Positions 1-10,988 of a stretch of 64,000 nucleotides of DNA are shown here, one piece after another. The notes under the pieces were generated by a model. That model was given only the letters and a program-made list of their open reading frames with translations, had not been told where the DNA came from and made no database searches. A program made the position numbers and the translations under genes. How positions within the stretch are numbered: position 1 is the first letter of the stretch; each line of letters begins with the position of its first letter. The DNA is from Amoebophrya sp. A120 (lineage: Eukaryota > Protista > Dinoflagellata), in the NCBI GenBank assembly GCA_905178155.1, contig CAJINV010000012.1, positions 1,740,492 to 1,804,491 of the forward strand, given 5' to 3'.

Positions 1-227
1 AGGGATCGGCCAGCGCCTGGCGTGCCAGGTGATGATGCGAAGAAGGGGGCTGAGCGGAGAGGAATTGACTTGGGTGGTGCAGGTGTTTTTCGTCTCGGCA
101 ATGATTTACTATCTTCCAGTAATGCGTCGCTTCTTCGAAGTAAAAAAATGGGCAGAATTAATGGGAGAGATGGCGCTGACAATAGCAGAAACAATGGGGA
201 TGACAATGGAGGTCGTGGAGGAAAATA

Positions 228-2237
228 ATGAAAAGAACAGGAGCAGAAGCAGAGACGTTTTACAGGGTGGTCTTTGGCATGAACATGCTAGGGCTCGCGG
301 ATCCGTACACGATGGGGCTGAAAACGTTGCGGGCAACAGCGCAGGCCAACTACCTGACGGGCCCAAGTATTTTTGCGCCTCTAGCGACGACACCAGTAAA
401 GGTAGTGGGACAATCGAATGCGGGTATATCCAAAACAGATGAGCGCCAGATACTGAAAAGAAAAGAAGCAGGCCTCGCGCTCCTGCAGGCGCTTAGCGAC
501 GGGGCAAAAGTGAGGCTATCGCCTGGGAGCGACTTGCGAGCGTGTGGAATAGTAAAGCAGCGTAGCGCAGTAGGGAAACTGAGGACGGCGAGCCAATATA
601 CACACCGAGGCGACGCGAGCCTTATGGTTGATCGGGAAAGGCAGGGGGGATACGGAAAAAAGGGGCAAGCAGATAAAAAGCAAAAAATATGGGTGAAGCA
701 TTCGGAAAAGGCGGGCACGACGATAGTAACAATACAAGAGGAAAGCTCGAGAGCCGAGGCACACCTGTGGAAAATAGAAACAAAGGGGAGCCGCCTGAAG
801 TCGGAAGTAAGAGAAGAAGAGAGGAGCTTCGTGGCGTATTGCAATAATGCAATAAGAACAATCGAGAAGGTGAGGGAGAGAAGAATAGGCAAACAAGGTA
901 GGACAGAAATAATGCCACTGGACTATAACGAACTAAGGGAAAAGACGAGCGGCCTGCTGCGCAAAGGAAATGGCATAGGGCTGGAGCTACGAGAAACGAT
1001 CGAAAAGGCAGAAAGCGAGGATGCAGGGCTGACAGTCGAAAAGAGAAGAGGAAACGGAAGGAGGACGGAGGCGAAAAGGGATATAGAGAAGGAGATAACG
1101 GAACTGATCCCGCTTCGAGTAGCGAATGTGTTGAATCATGACAATGAATACACATGCTGGATTCGATTCGATTTTGGGAAAAAGTGTATAGGTATGGACC
1201 CTGTATGGGAGTGGCCGGAAAGGTCAAAAATAAAAAGGCAGGCTTGCATCCACAGGAAAATATTAGGCGAGAGCAAGAAAGAAGAGAGAGAAAACGACAA
1301 CGGAGAAGGTAACAAGGAGAAGGAAAAAGCAGGGGGCGAGGGAATGATGGAAAAAAGGGACAAGAAGAAGGGAAGAGGTGGAGAAAACGAGAATCGGGCC
1401 GCGAACGCGGGAGCGAGTTCGTCGGGGAGCAGCCAGGTAAATGCAAGAGGAAAACAGAAAAAAAAAAAAGAAGAAAGAGAAGAAAAATCGGACGAAACCC
1501 TTTCAGAAACGATTCCCAGATTGATAGAAAAAGAGAAGAAGGCAGCGGACCAAGGAGGGGAGGAAATGAAGCAGAGGGCTCTGGGAATAATCGAGAAGGC
1601 GACGCGACTCTTGAAAGAGGCCGAGGGATTAGACCACGACCGGGGAGAAGAGAAGAGCACAGGAATGGAAATTGATGGAGACGCAGAAAGCGCAGACGAG
1701 GGTGGAGAAATGGAAGTCGAAACGAAAAAAGAATCGGACGGGGGAGGCGAATTCTACAAGGCAGAGGCAGATACATACGAAGGCACACGGCGCGGATACG
1801 TTTTCAAATTAGGGAAAGCGGGGCAAGGGTATTACAAGGACAGGGGACCCGAGGAAGCCACCCGCGTCTTCTTTAGCTGCTGCGTAGGCTGGGGGGAGGA
1901 TGAAAAAAGGGAGGAAGCAAGAAGAAAGAGAGCAGAGCCGGCCTCAGACCCACAAATAGAAGAGGCGCCACGAAAAAGGCAACACAGAAAAGACGAAGAG
2001 GCGACTAACACAACAAAAAACGACGAGCGAGGAGAAAAGGAAGAAAGAAAAAAAGAAGAAAAAAAATTTCCGACACTGGAGGAACTACTGGGCGACGACT
2101 TTGAAACAAAGGAGGAGGAAGAGCAACAGCAAGAAGAAAGAAGAAAGAGAGAGGAGGAGAGGAAAAGGAGGAGGCAGGCGAAATATGAAACCCCTCTGCA
2201 AGAAGAACTGGCGAAAATGTTCAGGAGTTTAGACTAA
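228..2237 (+). CDS. C-terminal part of putative LINE ORF2 (post-RT region plus E/K/R-rich tail)
   Basis: 669-aa intronless purine-rich ORF. It joins the upstream RT-thumb-like frame if one A is removed from gaggaaaataatg. Confidence 0.5.
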   Translation: MKRTGAEAETFYRVVFGMNMLGLADPYTMGLKTLRATAQANYLTGPSIFAPLATTPVKVVGQSNAGISKTDERQILKRKEAGLALLQALSDGAKVRLSPGSDLRACGIVKQRSAVGKLRTASQYTHRGDASLMVDRERQGGYGKKGQADKKQKIWVKHSEKAGTTIVTIQEESSRAEAHLWKIETKGSRLKSEVREEERSFVAYCNNAIRTIEKVRERRIGKQGRTEIMPLDYNELREKTSGLLRKGNGIGLELRETIEKAESEDAGLTVEKRRGNGRRTEAKRDIEKEITELIPLRVANVLNHDNEYTCWIRFDFGKKCIGMDPVWEWPERSKIKRQACIHRKILGESKKEERENDNGEGNKEKEKAGGEGMMEKRDKKKGRGGENENRAANAGASSSGSSQVNARGKQKKKKEEREEKSDETLSETIPRLIEKEKKAADQGGEEMKQRALGIIEKATRLLKEAEGLDHDRGEEKSTGMEIDGDAESADEGGEMEVETKKESDGGGEFYKAEADTYEGTRRGYVFKLGKAGQGYYKDRGPEEATRVFFSCCVGWGEDEKREEARRKRAEPASDPQIEEAPRKRQHRKDEEATNTTKNDERGEKEERKKEEKKFPTLEELLGDDFETKEEEEQQQEERRKREEERKRRRQAKYETPLQEELAKMFRSLD

Positions 2238-3101
2238 GAAGGTAGAAGATAGGTAGTACGATCGAGGTTGATGCGATGAGAATTCAGACAATGAACACAG
2301 TGAAGGCATGTTGCGCAAATTTAATACGTTGAAGAAACACATAAAAAAAACTGTAAGGGAAAGGGTGGGCCGCTCTCGAAGCAAAAAAAAAAATATAAAC
2401 GAGGTGGGGGGTGTTCTGGCGGATGCGGAGGGAGGAGTGGAAACGGAAAGAGTATATACGAAAAAGCGAAATAATTCGTAAAAGATGGCACCAACGTCCC
2501 GCGCGTCTCATCTCGTCCCCGCCAGCCCAGGAGGCACGGCGCTGCTTGTCATCTCGTCCACGCTGGCCGCTTAGCCGCGGCCCGGCGCTGCTATCCCGCT
2601 GTAGAGAGCTAGTCGAAAAGAAGAAAATATATCAAAGTGGTGACAGGGTTGCTATTTTAAAAGTCTGTGCTAAAGCAGCGCCCCCCTTCCCCAAGGGGCC
2701 CCCTCGGGGCGGGCGCGATGGCGGCTCTGAGTAGGCGGAGCCCTGGGGCCCGATTCTTCGAAAACGCATGAAAAAGGTGCGCGGACTAAGGTCGGCTGAA
2801 GTGCTCGAAAGGGGTACGCTTCGGAGTTGTCCGTCATCGTAATAGGGTCATCGGGTATGATCGATAGACCCCCAGTATACGTACTAGCGCACAGCCGGCC
2901 ACAAATGTAAGTTTGCGATCAAGTTTGTAAGACTAACCCATCAAGGCCACGCCGAGTTTCCACCTTGCTCGCGGGCTTGGATGGTAAGGGGGTTCTGCCA
3001 CAAGTAGCGCCCACTGGTTGTAGTTACGCGTAAGCAATCGATAACGGTTCTGCGGCTGCGGCCGGGTGGTAGTTAGGAAGTGGATCGGGTATCCACCTAG
3101 G

Positions 3102-3169
3102 GGTATTGGCAGAGGCTAAATCTGTTCTAGCGCCCAGGTATTGGCAGAGGCTAAATCTGTTCTAACGCC
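3102..3169 (+). repeat. ~34-bp tandem duplication near the LINE 3' end
   Basis: ggtattggcagaggctaaatctgttctaRcgcc occurs twice in tandem. Confidence 0.85.
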
Positions 3170-3290
3170 AACCCGCCAGGAGTTAAATGGTTACTACTAC
3201 TACGATGCTGTGCCGCTCCAGCTTATTTTGCGGCACATCATCAAAACCGGTGTTGCAGCTGCGAACCAATTTCGTTCATGACTTCTACAG

Positions 3291-4252
3291 GATCTGTGGA
3301 AGTATGCATTGCAAAAGCATCGTACTAGTATAAATCGCATGACAAATTGACTTAGCATTACAAATGAAATTTGTAATGCGGATTTGCCTCAAGAAAAAGA
3401 TTTGTAATGCATAACTGCAATTAGAAGTACGAGTACGATAGTTTTGCAGTTCATAGGAAGGGTCCGAACGGGGAGTACGTCGCTCTTTCCAAAGTCGAAT
3501 CCGCGTATGAAAGTGCACAACTCCACCCCCTCCCCCTCATTTGTAAAGCAGGAACAGCATTAGAAGCATCAGCAGTAGCGCAGGTTCTGCATGACAAATC
3601 TGTACTTAGAGGATTACTGTGCTGTTCCAGCTGCCAGAACTTGTCATGCATAATAGTGACAGGAGGCAAGGCGTGAATTAGGTATTTTGCATGAGAAATG
3701 AGAACGAGGGGGAGTTGTGCAGTTTCATACCGCGTGCAAGCTCAGCCCCTACATCGACCAGTGCTGCGCGTACGGGAAAACCGGCGCGGCAACCCACATT
3801 CTGCTGGTCGTCGCGAACGATGTGAAGCTGAAGGAGCTGGGGAAGGAGCTGGGGCAGGGCGACGGTGATTTGGCGAAAATCAGAACCAATCCGGCGGTGA
3901 TTAACGCGGTGTATGGTTCTATGAAGGACTACTGCAAACAGTCCAAGATCCTCCCCTTCGAAACCCCGGCGAAGTTGCGGATTGTCGACATCGTCTGGAC
4001 ACCCGAGAACGAAATGCTGACTGCCGCGATGTATCCTGTGCAAAAGCATCGTACGCGTAGTAATCGCAGTCATGCATTACAAATCTCGATCCCAAGGTAA
4101 AACAGCATGACAAACTCCATTTCTCATGCTGAGTGAATTTGTCATGCGATTTCTACTAGTGCGATACCTTTGCAATGCATACGATGAAGATGAAGCGACC
4201 CCAGATCCAGAAACAGCACCAGGACTTGTTGGACGAGATGTATTCGGCGTGA
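3291..4252 (+). CDS. Long-chain acyl-CoA synthetase, C-terminal exons (5' part outside window)
   Basis: Splicing out 3 introners gives DLWK-GPNGEYVALSKVESA-CKLSPYIDQCCAYG...WTPENEMLTAAM-KMKRPQIQKQHQDLLDEMYSA* (420 nt, in frame), a typical ACSL/LACS C-terminus. Confidence 0.9.
3303..3455. mobile_element. Introner family A
   Basis: TIR tatgcattgcaaaag/ttttgcagttcata; DR GGAAG. Confidence 0.9.
3506..3729. mobile_element. Introner family D
   Basis: TIR tatgaaagtgcacaactcc; DR CCGCG. Confidence 0.9.
4032..4181. mobile_element. Introner family A
   Basis: TIR tatcctgtgcaaaag; DR CGATG. Confidence 0.9.
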
Positions 4253-5733
4253 AATCTTGATCTTGTTGAAAAATGATGACTGGTTGGGGGGCGGAGTAGG
4301 AGGTTTTTGGTCGAAATTAGAAGTAGACTAGAATTACTGTGATTCGTTGGCAAGGAGCGGCTGCTCACTTGCTGTACAAGTCGGAGATAAATTGCAGACT
4401 TTTTCAACTACAGAATAAAAATGAAAGGCGAAGTATAAAAATCTGGTGATGGTTGGTCACGGTGTTTGGAGTTTACACTACTTACACGTGGTTTTGGTTT
4501 CGTGATTTCCGAGAAGGCGAGTTGGAGTATAATCGGAATCTGGATCATCTTTCAAGTAGATGAATTGGGACGAGTTTTACTTCTAGAAGAAGAAGACTCC
4601 ACACCACTACAAGGACACACCTGTACATCATGTATCTGGAAATGAACCACCACTCCTGCTAGTAGTAACTAGAGGACCGAATTCGGAACTACCATTGGAG
4701 AATTCGCTTTCGCTACATCTAAATGCATGTTGACATTTCTCACGAATTAAAAAAAAAACCCTCCACAACATGATGAAAAGCAAGAAACTGTGCATATCAT
4801 ACGATAAAAAACTACAGCAACAGAACACCGCTGGTTGCCGTACCAAAAGAGAAAACCGTAATTGCCTTTTTTTCTTGCTCCCCCTTACAATACAAAAGCA
4901 AAGCTGCCCCTCAGCTATGTCAGAAAATCCACAATTCTACTCGTACCAGCGTGCTGCTGTACTAGTGTGCTAAAAAGGAGCTCACACTAGGTGCAAGCAT
5001 AGCATAATCGTGTATAATAATGTAACTCTAGCGCAATTAATATGGCCTAACTAAGGAACGAAAACGAAAGTCATTGTTTCGACATCACACTCTGCACAAG
5101 ATTCAAAAACCCCACACTTGTTTCTACATTTCAGAAAATAAAACATTTGCCGGAACAGATTCTGAGGCAGACAAGAGAACTGCGGACGATAGCATGATTC
5201 TGATTTTGCAAGGCGGTGGTCCTCGATTGTTCTGGTTCTAGCACGCAATCGCGCCTATATCTATTTCTTATTCTTACATCATGATTTTTTTTCCCGACCA
5301 CGGTCACGGATCGCGCCAAAAATCCAATCACAAAAAAGTTCCTTCTGACGAAGATGATTTTTCCATGTGTGTTGTTTGGTGTGACCACATAGAAGAGACA
5401 AGAAACAGACCACGCCGTGATAACCGCTTTTCACAGAAACAACACCACACGGATTATACCACCCCAGGCGATACAAGATCAAAAAGAGCTATGCCTATGT
5501 CAACTTCGAGATTTACAACCTCTTCCACGCAATAATTTTGATTGCGACCACGAGCTGCTAAAAATGTTTGGCATAGTAGTACTATGTATCGGTAATATCA
5601 GCACTGGAAACAAAACACTTTTAGATTTTTCAGTCTAGTCTCCAACCGTTGATATAGAAGTACTACGACACGACCGCACAAGAATTACCCCGTCTTTCCT
5701 TTGTAGAACACCACAAAAATTCCTACCACGACC

Positions 5734-7517
5734 ATGACCTCCGACCCACACGCCGACTTTTTCGGTCAGGACCCGCAGCTCCAGCAGTTAGGCGATGAGT
5801 TCGATAAACCACCGGAAGAGCGGACGAAACAGGTGGTCGCCTGGCCGCCCCCAGGTTACCGAACCGGCGACACCCTCCTCGACGCCCCGGTGCAAGCGAC
5901 CCATTTGGACGCCGCGGGCGCAAAGGCGGTGTGTGCGGATCTCGGGTATTTCCAGGACCCGTGGATTCGACAAATCGTCCCGGCTTACGTCTGCGGGCGG
6001 AAGAGTCCGATCATGCACCGGGGATACTACTTGCGGAACGTCGCGATGCGGCTGAAAGTGGAGCAGTTTATCAAGAACAGCAATCCCTCTATCAAATGTA
6101 AAAATGTCTGGGTCTGGAAGAGTCATGCTGTTTCTGCATGACACAGAAGGTCTGGCATGGAAGCTCTTGCGTCACAGGTTTCGAGAAGCTTCCGCAATGC
6201 CGAATCCGCATGACAAACCCCCCATTTTGGTGACAGAAAGTGAGCAGCTTTTGCTGCCTATGCATCAGAGATTTTTGTGTGTTCTGAAATGCGCATCACA
6301 AGTTGCATTCTTCCAGACCCAGACACTTTTGCACTTGATACCCTCCCTCCCGATTCAAATCGTGGACTTGGGCGCGTTATGCTCTGCAAAATTATCGTAC
6401 TCGTACTAATTGCAATCATGCATGACAAATCTCGTTTCTTACGCAACTCACCATTACAAACTCTATTTTTCCTTCTGGGAAAATTTGTATTGCGATTTAT
6501 AGATACTAGCGCGATGCTTTTGCAATGCATACGCGGGGCTGAACACCATGTATTTCTACACCTCCGCCATGATGGAGCAGTGGGGCCGGAAAAGATCGGA
6601 CTTGTTGTTCTTCGAGGTGGATTTCCCGGTGATTATCGCGAAGAAGACCAAAACGATCCTGCAGAAGAGGAGCCAACTCTTCAAGTTTGACGAACTAATT
6701 TTCGATAAACCGAGTGGAACGGTTCAGATCAACAACGCGACCGAGTGCACGGTGCGGAATACTGTGCACAAAGTAGAACAGTTGAAGCTCCCCTTCTACC
6801 GGCTGTGCGCGACCGACATGCGGCAGTCGGAAGAGTTTAAAACCGTGTTGAACGAGCAGGGGTTTAACGCGATGGCCAACACGTTGTTCTTGTCGGAGTG
6901 TGTGTTGATCTACATGCAGCCGCAATACGGGGACGCCATCATCCAGCAGTGCCGGGAATTGTCTTTAAACCCCACTTATCCAATGCAAAAGTACTTTATC
7001 GTACTAGTATAAATCGCATGACACATTGACTTAGCATTACAGATTGAATTTGTGATGCGGATTTGACTGAAGAAAAAGATTTGCCATGCATAAATGCGAT
7101 AATTAGTACGAGTAAGATACTTTTGCAATGCATACCACCGCTCTAACCATGTTTGCGACGTACGAGCAGTGTAACCCGGACACGAGCTTTGGAAGAATGA
7201 TGGTGAAGAATTTACAGGAACGGGGTTGTCCTTTAATGTCGATCCACGAGTACAAAACGATTGAGGACCAAATCAACCGGTACAAGAAGTTGGGCTTCAG
7301 CGAGTGCAAGGCGATTTCGATCAACGAGCACGTGAAGCAAACCATGAGCGACGCCGAAAAGGTGCGGATAGGGAAGTTGGAATTTCTAGACGAGGTGGAG
7401 GAGCTGAATCTGTTTTTGGATCACTATTTCTTGTTGACGGCTAGCAACAAAGAGTTGGTGGAGTTGGGGAAGGACGGTGCTGGTGTAGTTGGGACGATAA
7501 CGAGTACGACGGGTTGA
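5734..7517 (+). CDS. LCMT1: Leucine carboxyl methyltransferase 1 (PP2A methyltransferase), 4 exons, ~401 aa
   Basis: Motifs LGYFQDPW, RKSPIMHRGYYLR, QIVDLGAG, FFEVDFP, LSECVLIYM, YEQ..D.FG..M, LEFLDEVEE. The frame is restored by removing 3 introners plus one DR each (1206 nt). Confidence 0.93.
6090..6340. mobile_element. Introner family B
   Basis: TIR tatcaaatgtaaaaatgtctgggtctggaag; DR CCCTC. Confidence 0.9.
6378..6531. mobile_element. Introner family A
   Basis: TAT...ATA TIR; DR CGCGT/CGCGG. Confidence 0.88.
6977..7134. mobile_element. Introner family A
   Basis: TAT...ATA TIR; DR CCACT/CCACC. Confidence 0.88.
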
Positions 7518-8503
7518 CGGCGAGGAAAAAGCCATCCCTGATTTGATTTCTGCCCACCTACGACGAAAAAACTTTGTAAGTAAGACCAACGAGAAGAAAC
7601 CTATTCAGCACGACTTTTTGAAAAAAAATCTCTGAGACCACAGACACCGAGGTGCAACTCGCCGCAAACACGAGGACGCATGCGTTCGTAAAGATTTCCA
7701 TCCAAAAAAGTGTTGCACTTTCTTTCCGCAGAGTCGTTTTGCTTCAAAGTTGGTTTCGTGTCGTTGACGTTGGGAGAACCACCGAGGCTTTTGAATTACT
7801 ACCCGAGACGCAGGTGGTTTGTTAGTGGACTTGAGAACACTCGCACACACTTACACGCGTTTGCTCCACTGAGCTCGTTATCAACAGCAGTTCAATGAAT
7901 TCTCTCAATTGCAAGTAAGCGAGCAAGTGGCGCAAGTCTCTTGCTGCGTTACATCCTGTAGGTTCAATTCATCCAAATTCATCACATTCATATAGACCAG
8001 ACCTGGTCAGAGTCAAGTGGCAAAACAGCATGGGAGTCCACTCCTCAACCTGCTCAGATTGGTGCTCGACCCTGGCGGGAGTCAAGTCCCCCAGGGCGAC
8101 CATTCTGAACGCCTGGACCGAGCTGAGTCCATTCATTTCACTACGATCCTGATGGCTTTGCCTTCGTAGTATTTGGGGGATTCGCGGAACATGGTGAAGA
8201 GTTTCCTTTAGGATCTAGATAGATTCTGACCATTTCCCTAAGGATCTAGCTAGTTCAGGCCATTCAGAGCTGTCATTTCATTGAGGAACAGGCGTCATTT
8301 GGGGCGATCGTGTTACGTGTGTGCGGGATCGATTTCCATGACCAACATGGTTAAAAACCGAACTTCTACTAATATCTGTGTGGCCTCGAGCGAAAATTTT
8401 CTCGTTATTGATTCTCAACATTAGACTTTTGATTGCTCAACCGGACAACGTAAATCTGTACTGACAATTTTGGTTTCTTCTTGATTTATGATTTTGGAAT
8501 CTT

Positions 8504-9742
8504 TTGCACGACAACATTGTCGAATTATTGTCATTTCGTTTGCAAAAACTCAAAATGTCTTCAAACATTGTTTCGTCAGCATGTCCATGTTTCTTGCTTG
8601 GTCTGACAACCTTTCAAAAAGTTTGCTCCTATGTTTTGCTTCTCTCGTCTATCAACTATTTCTGCAACTCGCATGATGCCAAAGCCATCTGCGTCCAGGC
8701 ATTGAAACTCTCTTCGTCGCAACCATTCCGTGGTGGATGTTCTGGTGGTGTCACTGCCCCCACTCAGACGCAGACGGTGGTTGTGGGGGAAGAAGATCGT
8801 CGTGGCGACGCTGAGTCGCGTCCTCGTACTGGCAATTCAGCAAGTAGAAGCTCGAGTCGAATTACCTCGGTCTTCCATCCCGCGCCGCCGCGACGCGCTG
8901 GCGCGGTGGTCACCACGACATCAGGTGCTGATACACGAGCAGAGCCGAGATTTTGCAAGAATAAACCTGCTCCACCCAACAAGAGTAGCAGCAGTACCAG
9001 TAGCACTTCCACTTCGACCGCCGGTCAGAGGAATCTTCTAGATAAAGTGCCTACTACTTGTGATGTTACATCAGCAACGCGCGCGGCAACCGCCTCTGGG
9101 CGAACTGGTGCTTGCCCCGACCGCAGTGCCGCTAGTGAATTTTTACCCTGTAGTGGTCGCAGCGCCGAGGCATCTTCCGGTAGCAACAGAGACTCCCCCG
9201 TCCTCGAGAGAAACTCGCAGCGAAGAAAAAAGCATAAGCAGCCACAATCACAAAACCAACATAAGCAGGAAAACGATGACGCTCCTGAGGTTGTTGATTA
9301 TTCCGCACATTTTCGCCACGCCCGCGTCGGACCGATTTTGCCGCCAAGCGACCTTTTCAATTTTCTGACACCGTGGCCGTGGCCGCAGGATTCGCACACT
9401 CGTACCGATGCGAGCGCATCCTCGTCCGATAGTGGACGTGAAGCCGAAAAGCAAAAAAACAAACACGATGCGCGAGGACTGCAGAAGCCACCGCAATGCG
9501 ACATCGACGGGGAGGTTGTCTGCGAAAGATATATTCCCAGCGAACAAGATGAGGAGATGACGTCTTCCTGTACCGCCACTGTTTTCTCGCTATTTTGGGG
9601 CCCCTGCCACCGTAGTGGTCATGGAGGTTCGGGTCTTGATGTTTACAGAAAAAATATGGAATGGAAACAGGTGCTGTTACATCATCTTCGCGATTGGGCG
9701 GCTATTTGTCATGACGGCAAACCAGCAGACTTCTATGTCTAA
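8504..9742 (+). CDS. Hypothetical protein; hydrophobic N-terminus, S/T/R-rich low-complexity body (likely ATG at 8555)
   Basis: 412-aa open frame with no introners and no recognisable domain. It may be truncated by the downstream insertion-rich region. Confidence 0.45.
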   Translation: MHDNIVELLSFRLQKLKMSSNIVSSACPCFLLGLTTFQKVCSYVLLLSSINYFCNSHDAKAICVQALKLSSSQPFRGGCSGGVTAPTQTQTVVVGEEDRRGDAESRPRTGNSASRSSSRITSVFHPAPPRRAGAVVTTTSGADTRAEPRFCKNKPAPPNKSSSSTSSTSTSTAGQRNLLDKVPTTCDVTSATRAATASGRTGACPDRSAASEFLPCSGRSAEASSGSNRDSPVLERNSQRRKKHKQPQSQNQHKQENDDAPEVVDYSAHFRHARVGPILPPSDLFNFLTPWPWPQDSHTRTDASASSSDSGREAEKQKNKHDARGLQKPPQCDIDGEVVCERYIPSEQDEEMTSSCTATVFSLFWGPCHRSGHGGSGLDVYRKNMEWKQVLLHHLRDWAAICHDGKPADFYV

Positions 9743-10647
9743 CAATCACTATCTTACTTTCCCACCAGGACTCCAAAACCGAATCAAGCCCAACACACTT
9801 CTCGAAAATGCATGCGCATTGTGCACCCCATTCCATATTCTTTCCCTACTCGACATCGGAATCCGATCTGCAACGACCACTTTTGCTACATATTGTCGAC
9901 TGAATCACATGAAAAACTTAGCCTGACTTCAGGGGCGACCTGATGAAGAGATGAAGATCAAAATAAAAAAACTCAAACAAATAATTCATGAGCATGCATA
10001 GGTGTGGGAAGGTAGGATGGATTTCTAAAGGTAAATAGATGGATATATTTCCACATACGAACAGGACACCACACACCACGATATCAGAATCTCTCTCATC
10101 CCTTTTCATCACGAACCGAATCCATGATATGGATTGATGGATATATTTTCATTATGGATTCATCGAAAATCAATTTTTTTTTTTGATTTTTCAAAATTAA
10201 TTCGGATCGATATGTGGGATTCTTCATCTATATCTTTTGAGAGAGAATTTGATGATGATGATGAGAATGATGATCGATAATCTCGGGTGGATCGGATCAA
10301 AGATTTGCATCAGAAATATGTCATTAAAGAAAATAAGATGGATTTCTTCAGGGTCTTGATTGAATATATGCCCAGACACGACAAGAAAGATAAAAAGGAA
10401 AAAAAATGATCGATGGAAAATCAATCTTGGAAAATATTTATCATAGGGATTCGGAAATTAATATTTGAGAATCAGAAATTCATTGATTCCATGATAAAGC
10501 AGATTCATTCCAATAAATTCGGAAATTATTTTTGAAATCTCGTATCATCTTTACCATAATTTTTTTCATTTTTCTCGAGATACATATCATGTCTCATCTT
10601 TTCTCAGATAATTTCTCTTCATAATTTTTTTTTATGAATATTTGGAT

Positions 10648-10988
10648 CGTGCGTGCGTGCAAATGTCTTGTGCTGTGTCTTTTCTCTCGTTTTGCGGACG
10701 AAAACCGCGTGCAGCTGCCATAAACGGAATATGGATCACGACAAATGCGCCTCACCATGGGCGTTGGGGGCCGCCCGCAAGGAGTGGGTGTCCTCGGGAA
10801 GCACCTGCGCATACACGCCCAGGAACCCACGACGGTAGGATAGGATACGGCACTGCTGTGTCGTCCTGCACCCCCCCCGCGTATGCAGGTCCCAAGCCCG
10901 GTGATCCTGGGGCGGAAACCGGGGAAATGCCTAAGGGATCTTGGTTTGGCAGCAATCATACTGTAACACCATAGACCTAGAGTAGCAG
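10648..10988 (+). mobile_element. Short retroposed element (SINE or 5'-truncated LINE) with 15-bp target-site duplication
   Basis: GC-rich 341-bp insert in AT-rich DNA, flanked by TATGAATATTTGGAT at 10633-10647 and 10989-11003. Its 3' end resembles the LINE 3' end at ~3095-3200. Confidence 0.7.

Larger units (their letters stand above)
1..3203 (+). mobile_element. 3' part of a non-LTR (LINE-like) retrotransposon, apparently inside an intron of the acyl-CoA synthetase gene
   Basis: Frame 2 from base 2 reads RLACQVMMRRRGLSGEELTWVVQVFFVSAMIYYLPV, resembling the RT thumb region of LINE ORF2. It continues after a probable 1-nt frameshift near 220 into ORF 228-2237. A long 3' UTR ends in a (TAC)n tail at ~3191-3203. 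Confidence 0.55.

Noticed and set aside
350-1788. Minus-strand ORFs opposite the LINE-like ORF
   Set aside because: F/L/S/P-rich shadows of the purine-rich sense strand.
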